Positions 40,096 to 48,694 are shown, numbered from the stretch's first letter. The stretch is 64,000 nucleotides of DNA from Halioglobus sp. (GCA_020443345.1 JAGRIH010000021.1:45018-109017); one strand, 5' to 3'. Numbers and translations are program-made. The notes: generated by a model from the sequence alone, not told the origin.

Positions 40096-40939
40096 GTACT
40101 ATCTCAGGGAGGATATGGCCGCCGGCGAACTCGCGGCAGTGACCGGGGCCGCGCAGTTGCTGCAGTGGGGTGCGCGGATGGCCGACGGCGCCGCGCCCGG
40201 CGATGTCTACCGGCACCGCGAAGGGCGCAAGACACTGCGCTGCCACTGGCGGGGTCGGCCTTTTTTCCTGAAGCTGCACAGCGGCATCGGCTGGCGGGAA
40301 ATTGCCAAAAACCTGCTGCAACTGCGCGCGCCGGTGCTGGGGGCGGCCAATGAATACCGCGCGGTGAGGGCGCTGGAAAGGCTGGGCGTGGACACGCTGT
40401 CAGTGGCGGCCTACGCCTGCCGCGGCCGCAATCCCGCCACCCGGCAGTCGCTGCTGCTGAGCGATGAACTGGTGGGCACGGTCAGCCTGGAGGAGTACTG
40501 TGCCGATTGGGCCAGCGCGCCGCCGCCCCCGGACATTCGCCTGCGCTTGCTGTGCAAACTGGCGGACACCGCGCGCCGCATGCACGGCGCGGGCATCAAT
40601 CACCGGGACTTCTACCTGTGCCATTTTCACCTGGATCCGGCGACCCTCGAACGGCCCCGGCCGCGCTGTCACCTGATCGATCTGCACCGGGCGCAGTTGC
40701 GCCGGTGCGTGCCGCGGCGCTGGCGTGTCAAGGACCTGGCCGGACTGTATTTCTCCGCCATGGACTGCGGTCTGAGTCGGCGCGATGTGCTGCGTTTTAT
40801 ACGCCACTACAGTGCGGGCGGGCTGCGCGCGGCACTGGGTGAGCAGGCGGGCTTGTGGCGGGATGTGGAGCGTCGCGCACTGCAGCTGTACCGCAGGGAT
40901 CACCGGCGCGAGCCGCCCGCCGGTCCGTGGCAGCGCTGA
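40088..40939 (+). CDS. waaP: LPS core heptose(I) kinase
   Basis: Collinear with P. aeruginosa WaaP as I remember it: GIGWREIAKNLL, PPPPDIRLRLL, GINHRDFYLCHFHLD, IDLHRAQ. Overlaps the waaG stop. Confidence 0.9.
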   Translation: MTEYYLREDMAAGELAAVTGAAQLLQWGARMADGAAPGDVYRHREGRKTLRCHWRGRPFFLKLHSGIGWREIAKNLLQLRAPVLGAANEYRAVRALERLGVDTLSVAAYACRGRNPATRQSLLLSDELVGTVSLEEYCADWASAPPPPDIRLRLLCKLADTARRMHGAGINHRDFYLCHFHLDPATLERPRPRCHLIDLHRAQLRRCVPRRWRVKDLAGLYFSAMDCGLSRRDVLRFIRHYSAGGLRAALGEQAGLWRDVERRALQLYRRDHRREPPAGPWQR

Positions 40940-40947
40940 TGGTATTC

Positions 40948-41748
40948 TCAGAACGCCGCATAGTCCGCGCGCTGCGCCTGTTTGGCCCGCATGCGCCGCA
41001 TCGCGGTGTCGTAGGCCGCCCGCGCCAGAAGCCTGCTCTCCACCGGCTCCAGTGCGGGCATCTGGCGCGCCCAGGCTTGAAAAAAACGCCAGCGGTCGCT
41101 GCGCGATAGCTGGTGCGCGGGCAGCATGTTCAGCTGCACCAGGTTTTTCAGCAGCAGCTTGCCGGGCACCTCCCGGTGGCGCGAGTTACTCTCGTTGTCG
41201 ATAAAGGTGAACCGGTAGCGCTCGCCCTGCCGGTCCGCCAGGATATTGCCGGGACGCAGGTCACCGTGGACAAAGCCGCTGCCGTGCAGCCGTCCCACCT
41301 GGGTGCCCAGCGCGCGCAGGAATGTGCGGCGTCGGTCGGCGGCACCGGCGTCGGCGAAGCGGCGCAGCCACTGTGGTACCGGGTCGCCGGGTACGAGGCG
41401 GGTGAACAGGTACTCGGCGCCGCCCGGGGTGCGGCCCCACAGCACGTTGACCGGAGCCGGGAAACCGCAGTGCAGCAGGGCGTCGCTGTTGTCGCGGGCG
41501 CGCCTGCCGCGGCCCCCGCGCAGCAGCGCCTTCAGCCTCTCCGGCCAGCCGCGTGGCAGAAATGCCTTGTAGTACAGCGCCCGCTGTGGATTGCAGGCGA
41601 CCACGGCAAAGCGCGAGCTGTCGACATAGTGCCAGCCCGCGACTTCCTGCCGCGCACTCAGCGGCGGGGCCAGCAGCACCAGCTCCGCTTCCGGCTCACT
41701 GCTCACTGGTGCGCGCCGCGACCCGGCGCAGCGCAGTTGCGGCTGCAT
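40948..41748 (-). CDS. LPS kinase (Kdo/WaaP/InaA family) paralog, inverted orientation
   Basis: GRLHGSGFVHGDLRPGNILA catalytic loop, FTFIDNE. Confidence 0.75.
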   Translation of the reverse strand: MQPQLRCAGSRRAPVSSEPEAELVLLAPPLSARQEVAGWHYVDSSRFAVVACNPQRALYYKAFLPRGWPERLKALLRGGRGRRARDNSDALLHCGFPAPVNVLWGRTPGGAEYLFTRLVPGDPVPQWLRRFADAGAADRRRTFLRALGTQVGRLHGSGFVHGDLRPGNILADRQGERYRFTFIDNESNSRHREVPGKLLLKNLVQLNMLPAHQLSRSDRWRFFQAWARQMPALEPVESRLLARAAYDTAMRRMRAKQAQRADYAAF

Positions 41749-41768
41749 AAGACCGGGCGGGTCTGGTG

Positions 41769-41777
41769 TGAGATAAT
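41769..41777 (+). promoter_or_regulatory. extended -10 promoter element (TGaGATAAT)
   Basis: Lies in the 62-bp divergent gap between the two kinase paralogs. Conserved in the diverged second copy at 49780-49788. Confidence 0.35.
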
Positions 41778-41810
41778 GACATCGAAGGCAGTTTACTCAT
41801 GTGATCCGGG

Positions 41811-42629
41811 TTGTGGCGGGATTGTGCAGTCGTGACAGCGTCTATTGACAACATCAACACCGCGGCTTCGGAAGGCGCGCCATTGACCTGTCTCGGCGCG
41901 GCCGATGCCGCCACCGAACAGACATTTCGAGAAAAATGCACGGTTCTAAAGACAGGCACCGGCAGTTACGCGGGCCTGTTGCACATCGGTGGTGGCGGTG
42001 AAACGCTGTTCGTAAAATGCTACCTGGCCAAGCATAGCATTGCCCGACTCGCGGGCAAACTGGCGCTGGGCCGCGGCTACACCGCGCGCGCCGCCATGCG
42101 CGCGCTGGCCGGGCGGCTGCGCGTGCCCGCAGAGCGCGGCCTGGTCAGGAACCGTCGATCCGGCAATATCTACCTGTTCAGCGAACACCTGGCCGGCACT
42201 GATCTTGCGCAGTTGTATCGCGGGGGGGAACTGGCGGAACCGGTCCTGCGGCCGCTGCTGTGCCTGGCCGGGGAGTCGCTGGCGCGCATGCACGAGGCGG
42301 GCTGGGTGCACGGCGACTTCAAGTGGGGCAACCTACTGGTCGAGCAGGTACAACCGCCGCGGCTGGCACTGCTTGATTTCGATGGCGCCGGGCGCAGCCG
42401 GCGGGCCGTGCGCCGCGGGCGGGATGTGGCGCGCTTTATCGTCAATGCCGAGGACTACCGCGTGCCCGAGGTGCTGGCGCGGGTGTTTCTGGACGCCTAC
42501 GCAGCGGCGCGCCCGATGAGCGCCGCGCAGGTGCTGTCGCAGGCGGCGCCGGCCCTGCGCAAGCTGCGGGCCCGGCACGATCGGAAATACGGCTTGAGAG
42601 AGGTGGAACTGTTTCATGGGGAGTTCTGA
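41811..42629 (+). CDS. LPS kinase (Kdo/WaaP/InaA family) paralog
   Basis: MHEAGWVHGDFKWGNLLV catalytic loop, LLDFDGA. The start is ambiguous (TTG 41811 or GTG 41832). Confidence 0.75.
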   Translation: MWRDCAVVTASIDNINTAASEGAPLTCLGAADAATEQTFREKCTVLKTGTGSYAGLLHIGGGGETLFVKCYLAKHSIARLAGKLALGRGYTARAAMRALAGRLRVPAERGLVRNRRSGNIYLFSEHLAGTDLAQLYRGGELAEPVLRPLLCLAGESLARMHEAGWVHGDFKWGNLLVEQVQPPRLALLDFDGAGRSRRAVRRGRDVARFIVNAEDYRVPEVLARVFLDAYAAARPMSAAQVLSQAAPALRKLRARHDRKYGLREVELFHGEF

Positions 42630-42666
42630 GCCGCTAAAGCTGTACTGGTCATCCAGCAAACCGAAT
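42491..42666 (+). repeat. direct repeat, left copy (DR-L)
   Basis: 176 bp, identical to 49829-50004 apart from 3 mismatches by manual alignment. Covers the kinase 3' end and the first 17 codons of the pyruvyl transferase. Confidence 0.95.
42616..42666 (+). pseudogene. truncated 5' fragment of the polysaccharide pyruvyl transferase gene
   Basis: MGSSEPLKLYWSSSKPN is identical to the start of 49954..50736. The reading frame then diverges into unrelated sequence (ORF 42616..42837). Confidence 0.85.
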
Positions 42667-42873
42667 CTTGCCGTTCCACTCGTTGCGGGTACTGCGTACT
42701 GCGGCCTGAGGTGCTTCTGGCGGTGTAAGAAGGTCTGCTCGATGTCGTGTACGGCGCGCACATTGCTGCCAGCCCTCAGAGGACGGGCGGGACACACCAT
42801 ACTGTTCATCGATCGCGAGGGCAGGCTTACAGGATAATTTGCTTCCCCATCACGGGAGCTGCAGGTTAGAAAG

Positions 42874-43959
42874 TTAGAAATAAACGTGGGCCTGGAGGAA
42901 GTATTCCTCACCATCCGGGTACAGCGGGTCATCGCTGTCCCGCAGCCGCACCACGGCGCGCAACTGGGTGTGAGACCAGGGAAAATATTCCCAGACGAAG
43001 CTCGCGCGTTTTCTATCGCGATCCTCACCACTGAAGCTCTGGTGTTCAAGAGAAAGCTTAAGATTTTGCCCCTTTACTACCAACCAGTTTGCTTCAAGCA
43101 GAGCGATATCCATTTCGGTATCTGATGCGAGCCTGTCGTCGTCCTCGATCTGGTCATACTCCAGCAACCAGGTCACCGGACCGGTATTGAGTCCTGCGAA
43201 GATGCCGATCAGCTTCCGGTCCACCAGGTCCGTATCGTTATAGCCCGCGCTCACGCCGAGTTGCCCCCAGCCGTCAAGCCAATTGCCGCGAAACATCACC
43301 CACTTGCCATCGTCCACCTCACCGCCCCCGCCCGAGCCGTTGGTAACGGACAACTGCGCCTGGATATGGTGTGTATCGTAACCCAGTTCCACGCCATTAT
43401 CCGGCGTCGAGAAAGTGACGCCGCTGGCCTGTCGCACGAATGCCGTGTCATCCTGTAACCGCCAACCGAAGGGAAGGAAAATCTTTCCCCCTTTCAGATA
43501 CCAGTCCTTCCTCTGGATCTTGACCCAACTCTCCCGATTGATGGAGCCGCCGGGCGCGACTTGCTGGTCAACATAGAGGGCCAGGTACTGGTTGAGCTGC
43601 AACCGGCCATAGAGGGTTACCGCATCGGTGGTGAATTCCAGGTTGCTGTCGACATTGTCCACGTCAAACTGCCGGGCGCTGTAGCGCGCGTTACCGCCAA
43701 GGCGCAGGCCATCGAATACTGCGAAATCCGGCTCCACGGCTTTCTCGGTCAAGGGCCTTACAGAGAGAACGGATGCGCCATAGGCACTGCCGAAAGCCGT
43801 GCGCATGCCGCCGCCTGTGGGGTTGACATGGCATACGTTGCACTCATTGCCGGTCCGGACTGACAGGTAGGGTTCCGCCCGAGAGAGCCCCGCATACAGC
43901 GTCAACAGTAGGACGGCCACTGGCGCTGTGTGCCTGACAAAAGGCAACGTCGGCATCAA
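42874..43959 (-). CDS. predicted outer-membrane beta-barrel protein with N-terminal CxxCH heme motif (fused cytochrome-porin architecture)
   Basis: Signal peptide (...LLLTLYAGLSRAEP), CNVCH 12 residues after the predicted cleavage site (encoded at 43828-43842), alternating amphipathic strands and a C-terminal ...QAHVYF. Confidence 0.6.
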   Translation of the reverse strand: MMPTLPFVRHTAPVAVLLLTLYAGLSRAEPYLSVRTGNECNVCHVNPTGGGMRTAFGSAYGASVLSVRPLTEKAVEPDFAVFDGLRLGGNARYSARQFDVDNVDSNLEFTTDAVTLYGRLQLNQYLALYVDQQVAPGGSINRESWVKIQRKDWYLKGGKIFLPFGWRLQDDTAFVRQASGVTFSTPDNGVELGYDTHHIQAQLSVTNGSGGGGEVDDGKWVMFRGNWLDGWGQLGVSAGYNDTDLVDRKLIGIFAGLNTGPVTWLLEYDQIEDDDRLASDTEMDIALLEANWLVVKGQNLKLSLEHQSFSGEDRDRKRASFVWEYFPWSHTQLRAVVRLRDSDDPLYPDGEEYFLQAHVYF

Positions 43960-45890
43960 TTGTTCTCCGCCCCGGCATCAATCCACTCCCGCACGGACTG
44001 TATCTGGCTGTTGCTCAGCGGTGCACCGCCCAGGGGCATGCGCGAACCGACGGGAGCCGTACCCTCCAGCTTTTGGACGATCAAACTGTTGTTGGCATCT
44101 CCCGGTAACACCCGGGTGAGCGCCGGGTTTTGCGAGCTGGGGACGTTGACCAGATTATCGAAGGCCTGGCCCTGGGACAGGTTCATGCCCGCCGCAGGAG
44201 CGGCTCCGGTGTGGCATCCGGACACGGCGCACGAGTTGTTGAATATCTGGGTCTGAATTTCCGATAGGGTCGTTGTTTCAGGCTCCGGCTCCGGCTCCGG
44301 TTCCGGTTCGGGGGGCGTGGCAAGTGTAAAGGTGACTATCGCGTCTCCACCTCCGGTGCCGTCCCGGTCACCATCCAGCACGCGCCCCTGCACGTCGGTA
44401 AGGGGAGTGCCACCAGTACCCAAGACCGTGAGCTGATAGGTGTCATCCATCGCAGCGACGCCGGTAAAATCCAGCTCGACGGAATTGTCCTCCACCAGCA
44501 CGTTGACGTGACTTATCTCCATCTCATTGCCGTCACTGAAGGAACCGTCACCGCCGCTGGCCAGCAACTGGAATTGTCCGGCCTCCGGCTCGAGAGGCGC
44601 GGCATTGAAGTTAAGCTCAATGGAGGTGGGAAAGCTGTTCACGACGGCACCGTTTGACGGTACCGTGGAGTTGACAAGAAACCGCCCGGAACCCATTTGC
44701 GAGTTGTCGGGCACTATCTGACCCCGCATCGCGCCCTGTGGAAACGCGGGTGTATAGACCTCTGCGTACAATCCCTGATTGCGCAGCGCGCGGGACAGGC
44801 CTTCGGTCAGCGCCGTATCCACGGCGAACCAGTGACTCAAGTTCTGCACGTCCTGCTCTAACGCAATGGCTATGGGGCCGCGCTGGCCGAGCGGCGCCTG
44901 GCGAATGGCGGCACCGGTTGCATCATCGGCCCCGCTGTTGTTCAGGTGAAAGCTGGCGCTGGACTCGCTAACCTGCAGCGTCAATGCCAGCAGTCCGCTG
45001 ACCCCGCTCGTCGATGGCGGTACCACGTCGCCGGGGCTGAGATTGGTGAACATTATCTCCACGTTCTCGCCGGGTAACTGGCCGCGCACTTCACCACCGG
45101 GGTGTTCGGGCGAGTGTACGTTGACGTAGTAATAACCGTTATCCAGGTCCGCCAGATCCTCCGCATCCAACACCTGATGCGCTGCAAACCAGTGGTCCGC
45201 GTTGTCGACATCCTGTGTGAGTTGGATTACCACAGGTCCGTTGACCCCTGCCAGCGCGCGATGGATATGGCTGGCGGTAGCGTCTTGCAGCCCGACCGTG
45301 GTAACGTGGATAGTCAGCTCGGTGGCCTCGGGGCTCAGGGTAATCGCGGCGCGGCCCATCGCAGTGGTATCGACCACCGGCACTTCCTGGCTGCCGGATA
45401 GCTGCAGAAATCGAACGCGTACATCCCCGATAACGATCTGACCGCGCAGCGCGCCGTCCGGCAGTCCCTCGGTGACAACCAGCAAATACAGGCCGCCGGC
45501 CTCCAAAGCCGCCAATTGCGTTTCATCGAGTACAGTGTCCTCGGGCAGCATCCACTGAGTATCGTTGCTGGCGTCCAGTTCGATTTCTACCGGGCCTGAC
45601 TCCCCGGCCAGACCCCGGCGCAGCTGTACCGCCGTGGCGGTCAGCCCCTGCAGATCGACGGTTCCCTGCAGCGTATCGGTGTCGAGATCCAGTTCAAACT
45701 CGGCGGAGGCGCTGGCACCGCTGGAACTCCCCGCCACCACCTGCATGGCGTCAAGCTGTACCTCGATGGTCATGGTATTGGCCGGCTGGGTGTTTGAGTT
45801 GTTATTGTTACCACCATTATTGCAACCGGAGACCAGGGCGATCGTCGCTAAAATCAGTGCCGCTACTAATTGAATTGCATATCGAATCAT
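43956..45890 (-). CDS. lipoprotein with three CHRD domains, an Ig-like domain, a (PE)n linker and a C-terminal cytochrome-c-like (PSCyt-type) domain
   Basis: Lipobox LVSGC. The canonical CHRD repeat is LSGSQEVPVV...ASHIHRALAGVNGPVVIQL...YYVNVHSPEHPGGEVRGQL, flanked by two degenerate repeats ending ...ALRGQIV and ...AMRGQIV. PPEPEPEPEPEPE linker. C-terminal IFNNSCAVSGCHTG...MPLGGAPLSNSQIQSVREWIDAGA. Its stop overlaps the start of the downstream barrel gene by 4 nt. Confidence 0.7.
   Translation of the reverse strand: MIRYAIQLVAALILATIALVSGCNNGGNNNNSNTQPANTMTIEVQLDAMQVVAGSSSGASASAEFELDLDTDTLQGTVDLQGLTATAVQLRRGLAGESGPVEIELDASNDTQWMLPEDTVLDETQLAALEAGGLYLLVVTEGLPDGALRGQIVIGDVRVRFLQLSGSQEVPVVDTTAMGRAAITLSPEATELTIHVTTVGLQDATASHIHRALAGVNGPVVIQLTQDVDNADHWFAAHQVLDAEDLADLDNGYYYVNVHSPEHPGGEVRGQLPGENVEIMFTNLSPGDVVPPSTSGVSGLLALTLQVSESSASFHLNNSGADDATGAAIRQAPLGQRGPIAIALEQDVQNLSHWFAVDTALTEGLSRALRNQGLYAEVYTPAFPQGAMRGQIVPDNSQMGSGRFLVNSTVPSNGAVVNSFPTSIELNFNAAPLEPEAGQFQLLASGGDGSFSDGNEMEISHVNVLVEDNSVELDFTGVAAMDDTYQLTVLGTGGTPLTDVQGRVLDGDRDGTGGGDAIVTFTLATPPEPEPEPEPEPETTTLSEIQTQIFNNSCAVSGCHTGAAPAAGMNLSQGQAFDNLVNVPSSQNPALTRVLPGDANNSLIVQKLEGTAPVGSRMPLGGAPLSNSQIQSVREWIDAGAENN
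44281..44310. repeat. hexanucleotide tandem repeat (GGCTCC/GGTTCC, 5 units) encoding the PE linker
   Basis: ggctcc ggctcc ggctcc ggttcc ggttcg, read directly from the sequence. Confidence 0.9.
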
Positions 45891-46126
45891 GGTCGGGATC
45901 CTCGGCAGGTTTAACTGTAAGTGCCCGCGGCGCCGACCGAAGGTTCGATTAAAAAAAAGTTTCGGGGCTTTGAACCCCCGATCCGGTAAGGAGTACTCAC
46001 AGGATAGGGAATCCGAGCTTTAGGGTGACAACAAAACAGTTGTTACCGGCGATTTGAACTTTTTCCCGATTGGCGGATACTGTGGATACTAGTGTTGGAA
46101 GTGGGTAGCTGTCGGCTATACGTGCG

Positions 46127-46726
46127 ATGTCCGAACTGAACAGCCAGGCGGCTGCCGAGGACCGCCACCATAGGGAACTGCTGGCACGCACCGCCAGGGG
46201 TTCTGTCGAGGCTTTTAACGAACTCTACACCCTGCTCTATACGCCCCTGGTGCGTTTCCTCTACCGCTTTACTCAGTCCAGCGCACTCGCCGAAGAAATT
46301 CTGGACGACACCCTGATGGTGGTCTGGCAAAAGGCCGGCACTTTTCGCGGCGACTCCCGCGCTTTGACCTGGGTGCTGGGCATTGCCGGCCGCAGAGCCT
46401 TGAAATCGGTGCGACAGGAGCGCCATTGTGCCAGTCCGCGAAACTGTCTGTTTCCCGGATCGACCGCTGCGAACGAGTTGTCGCAGTTGGCGACGCGAGA
46501 AGCGCTGGAATGGGCATTGCAACAGCTCAATACAGAACAACGCCTGGCGATTGAAATGGCATACTTTCACGGTTTGAATTGCGAGGAGATTGCATCAGTA
46601 CTGGGCTGTCCGCTCAATACGGCTAAAACACGACTGCACTATGCCCGCCGTCGATTGCGCAAGATATTCGGCAGTGCCGGGGAACCGCTCGACTTCGCTG
46701 ACCTCGACGAGGCAATGGCGCCATGA
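46127..46726 (+). CDS. ECF (group 4) RNA polymerase sigma factor
   Basis: Region 2 (FNELYTLLYTPLVRFLYRFT...AEEILDDTLMVVW) and region 4 HTH (LNTEQRLAIEMAYFHGLNCEEIASVLGCPLNTAKTRLHYARRRL). Confidence 0.9.
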   Translation: MSELNSQAAAEDRHHRELLARTARGSVEAFNELYTLLYTPLVRFLYRFTQSSALAEEILDDTLMVVWQKAGTFRGDSRALTWVLGIAGRRALKSVRQERHCASPRNCLFPGSTAANELSQLATREALEWALQQLNTEQRLAIEMAYFHGLNCEEIASVLGCPLNTAKTRLHYARRRLRKIFGSAGEPLDFADLDEAMAP

Positions 46727-47412
46727 CCAGCAAGTTGAACAGAATCAGTCACCGGCAGGTGGTGGACGCGCTACCGGCATTTATCCGCGGCAAACTCAGC
46801 AGCGAGTTGCAGCGTCAAATACAGGCACACATTGTCAATTGCACCGCCTGCGCCAGCCTGCATCGTCAGGAGTTAAACTTGAGTGGCCTGATCTGTGAGC
46901 CGATGGCGGGCGAAGAAATACTGCTTACCTCGCAGCGGCGCGAGACGAACAGGATGCGCCTGATGCAGCGCATCAAGCAAAATCCGTCGCACCCGGGCGC
47001 AGCGCAGGACAACCAGTGCGTATCGAGCATGCGGTCTAGATTTCCCCGGGTAGTAAGCGTTGCCGCCAGCATGGCAGCAGTGGTTCTGGGCGGCATGCTC
47101 TGGGTGCAATACAGTTATTCCCCAGCGCCGGAAAGCGGGGCAACCTACCTGACCAGATCCTCAATCACCGCACCGCAAACCGCTCCCACCGACGATACCT
47201 ACCGGGTAGTCTTTCAACCGGAGGAAACCCCAGACAGTATTCGTCACTTACTGAGCGTACTGGAGGCGGAGGTGATCAATGGCCCCTCGGCGACCGGGGT
47301 GTACACCCTGGCGTTTAGCCAACCGGCATTGAGCAATGAACAGCGACTGGCGCAGTTGCGCCGGGAGCCCGCCATTTTGTTGGCAGAAAGAAGTGTACAT
47401 CGGGATCGGTAG
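46723..47412 (+). CDS. anti-sigma factor (zf-HC2, single-pass membrane)
   Basis: ATGA overlap with the sigma gene, HIVNCTAC (H-x3-C-x2-C), TM helix VVSVAASMAAVVLGGMLWV and an extracytoplasmic tail of about 85 aa. Confidence 0.8.
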   Translation: MTSKLNRISHRQVVDALPAFIRGKLSSELQRQIQAHIVNCTACASLHRQELNLSGLICEPMAGEEILLTSQRRETNRMRLMQRIKQNPSHPGAAQDNQCVSSMRSRFPRVVSVAASMAAVVLGGMLWVQYSYSPAPESGATYLTRSSITAPQTAPTDDTYRVVFQPEETPDSIRHLLSVLEAEVINGPSATGVYTLAFSQPALSNEQRLAQLRREPAILLAERSVHRDR

Positions 47413-47437
47413 GCAATCTCCGCATGCATTTTGGCGA

Positions 47438-48694
47438 ATGTTGGCAGTCCTTGTGCCAGTTCTGTGCGCATGTTTGGCCAGTGCCTGCCAGCACCACGCA
47501 CCACTATCCGCCTCCGACCGGGCCTCCCAGTCACCCAGGCTGTTACTCACTTTCACCCAGAGTGCCGACAAAACCTCCGGCTTAGTGAACAGTTTCAGCG
47601 GGAACTACTTTCGCAGCTACTGGGCTGCTCCGTTGATAACTCAGCACCGGATTATTCAAATTGAGAGGGACTACCCGCTCGTAGAGCAGGAGGGCTGGGA
47701 AATCGAAGCACTGGGAGTTTATTGTGTACTGTTCACCCTGCAACCGGGGGCGGATGCGGCCACCCAGTTGCAGCGACTGCGTCAGGACGAGCGGGTGGAG
47801 AGCGCGCAGTTACTCCAACTATACCAAACCCGCGCCGCCACCGCCTACAACGACCCCTACTTCAGCATCCAGTACGGCGAGGCGCGGGCCTATATCCAGC
47901 AACTTCACCAGTGGTCGACGGGAAAGGGGGTGGATGTGGCGATTATCGATACCGGCGTGGACATTGGCCACCCGGATCTGCAAAGCCAGATCTTCAATAC
48001 CCAGGTGTTCGTTGCCGGCGATTCGGACGACTTCCGCCACGACATTCACGGCACCGCGATGGCCGGAATTATCGCGGCCTCCGCCAACAATGGCACCGGC
48101 ATCGTTGGCCTGGCTCCGGACGCCCGTCTCTGGGTATTAAAAGCCTGCCACCAGCTCCACAGCCGTTCCAGTGTAGCACAGTGCGACAGTTTCACTCTGG
48201 CCAAGGCGCTGAACTACGCTATCGTTCGCAATGTAGACGTACTCAATCTCAGCCTGTCCGGCCCCTATGACCCACTCATCGACAGGTTGATTCAGCGGGC
48301 GCTGAATAAAGATCAGATCGTGGTTGCAGCAGATCCCGGGCGGGGAGCAGACCGATATCCGGCTTTGATAGATGGCGTGCTCGCCGCCAGAGAGGCTCCG
48401 CCGGGACAGGGCATGACCAGCCGCATGGCCGAGCCCATGGTGGTGGTCACCCCCCAGACAGAATTGCTGAGCACGGGGCCGGGCGGCGGCTATGACTTTT
48501 TTACAGGGTCGTCCAATGCGGCGGCTCTGGTCAGTGGGTTGGCGGCCGTGCTTCTCCAAAATAGCAGGGAATGGGCGCCACAGGTGCGGGTGAACTGGAT
48601 CCAGCAGGCGCTGAGGATGGAGCAGCACTGGGTGTCGTTGAACCAGCCGGGGGTTGGAGATCTCGCGGGCTACAAAGACCTCCGGCGACCGTAA
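47438..48694 (+). CDS. S8-family (subtilisin-like) serine peptidase, secreted or lipoprotein-like
   Basis: Catalytic triad contexts VAIIDTGVDIGHPDL (D), HGTAMAGIIAA (H) and GSSNAAALVSG (S). Hydrophobic Cys-containing leader MLAVLVPVLCACLASAC. Start set at ATG 47438. Confidence 0.85.
   Translation: MLAVLVPVLCACLASACQHHAPLSASDRASQSPRLLLTFTQSADKTSGLVNSFSGNYFRSYWAAPLITQHRIIQIERDYPLVEQEGWEIEALGVYCVLFTLQPGADAATQLQRLRQDERVESAQLLQLYQTRAATAYNDPYFSIQYGEARAYIQQLHQWSTGKGVDVAIIDTGVDIGHPDLQSQIFNTQVFVAGDSDDFRHDIHGTAMAGIIAASANNGTGIVGLAPDARLWVLKACHQLHSRSSVAQCDSFTLAKALNYAIVRNVDVLNLSLSGPYDPLIDRLIQRALNKDQIVVAADPGRGADRYPALIDGVLAAREAPPGQGMTSRMAEPMVVVTPQTELLSTGPGGGYDFFTGSSNAAALVSGLAAVLLQNSREWAPQVRVNWIQQALRMEQHWVSLNQPGVGDLAGYKDLRRP

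Noticed and set aside
42333-43049. 238-aa minus-strand ORF crossing the left island junction
   Set aside because: It is a chimeric open frame running antisense through the kinase 3' end, the direct repeat and the junction DNA into the barrel gene. It has no start context or motif. The junction segment 42667-42873 may hold a gene fragment (..GSNVRAVHDIEQTFLHRQKHL..) but I could not assign it.
44281-44310. Short tandem repeats as a possible CRISPR array (also 53341-53380)
   Set aside because: The units are 6 and 15 bp with no spacers. The first lies inside a coding region and encodes a PE linker. No cas genes are present.
45968-46059. The two TTTGAAC motifs as ECF-type -35 elements
   Set aside because: I found no matching -10 (CGT-type) at the expected 16-17 nt spacing, and no equivalent motif in the orientation of the divergent CHRD operon. 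They are kept only as a note inside the ECF finding.
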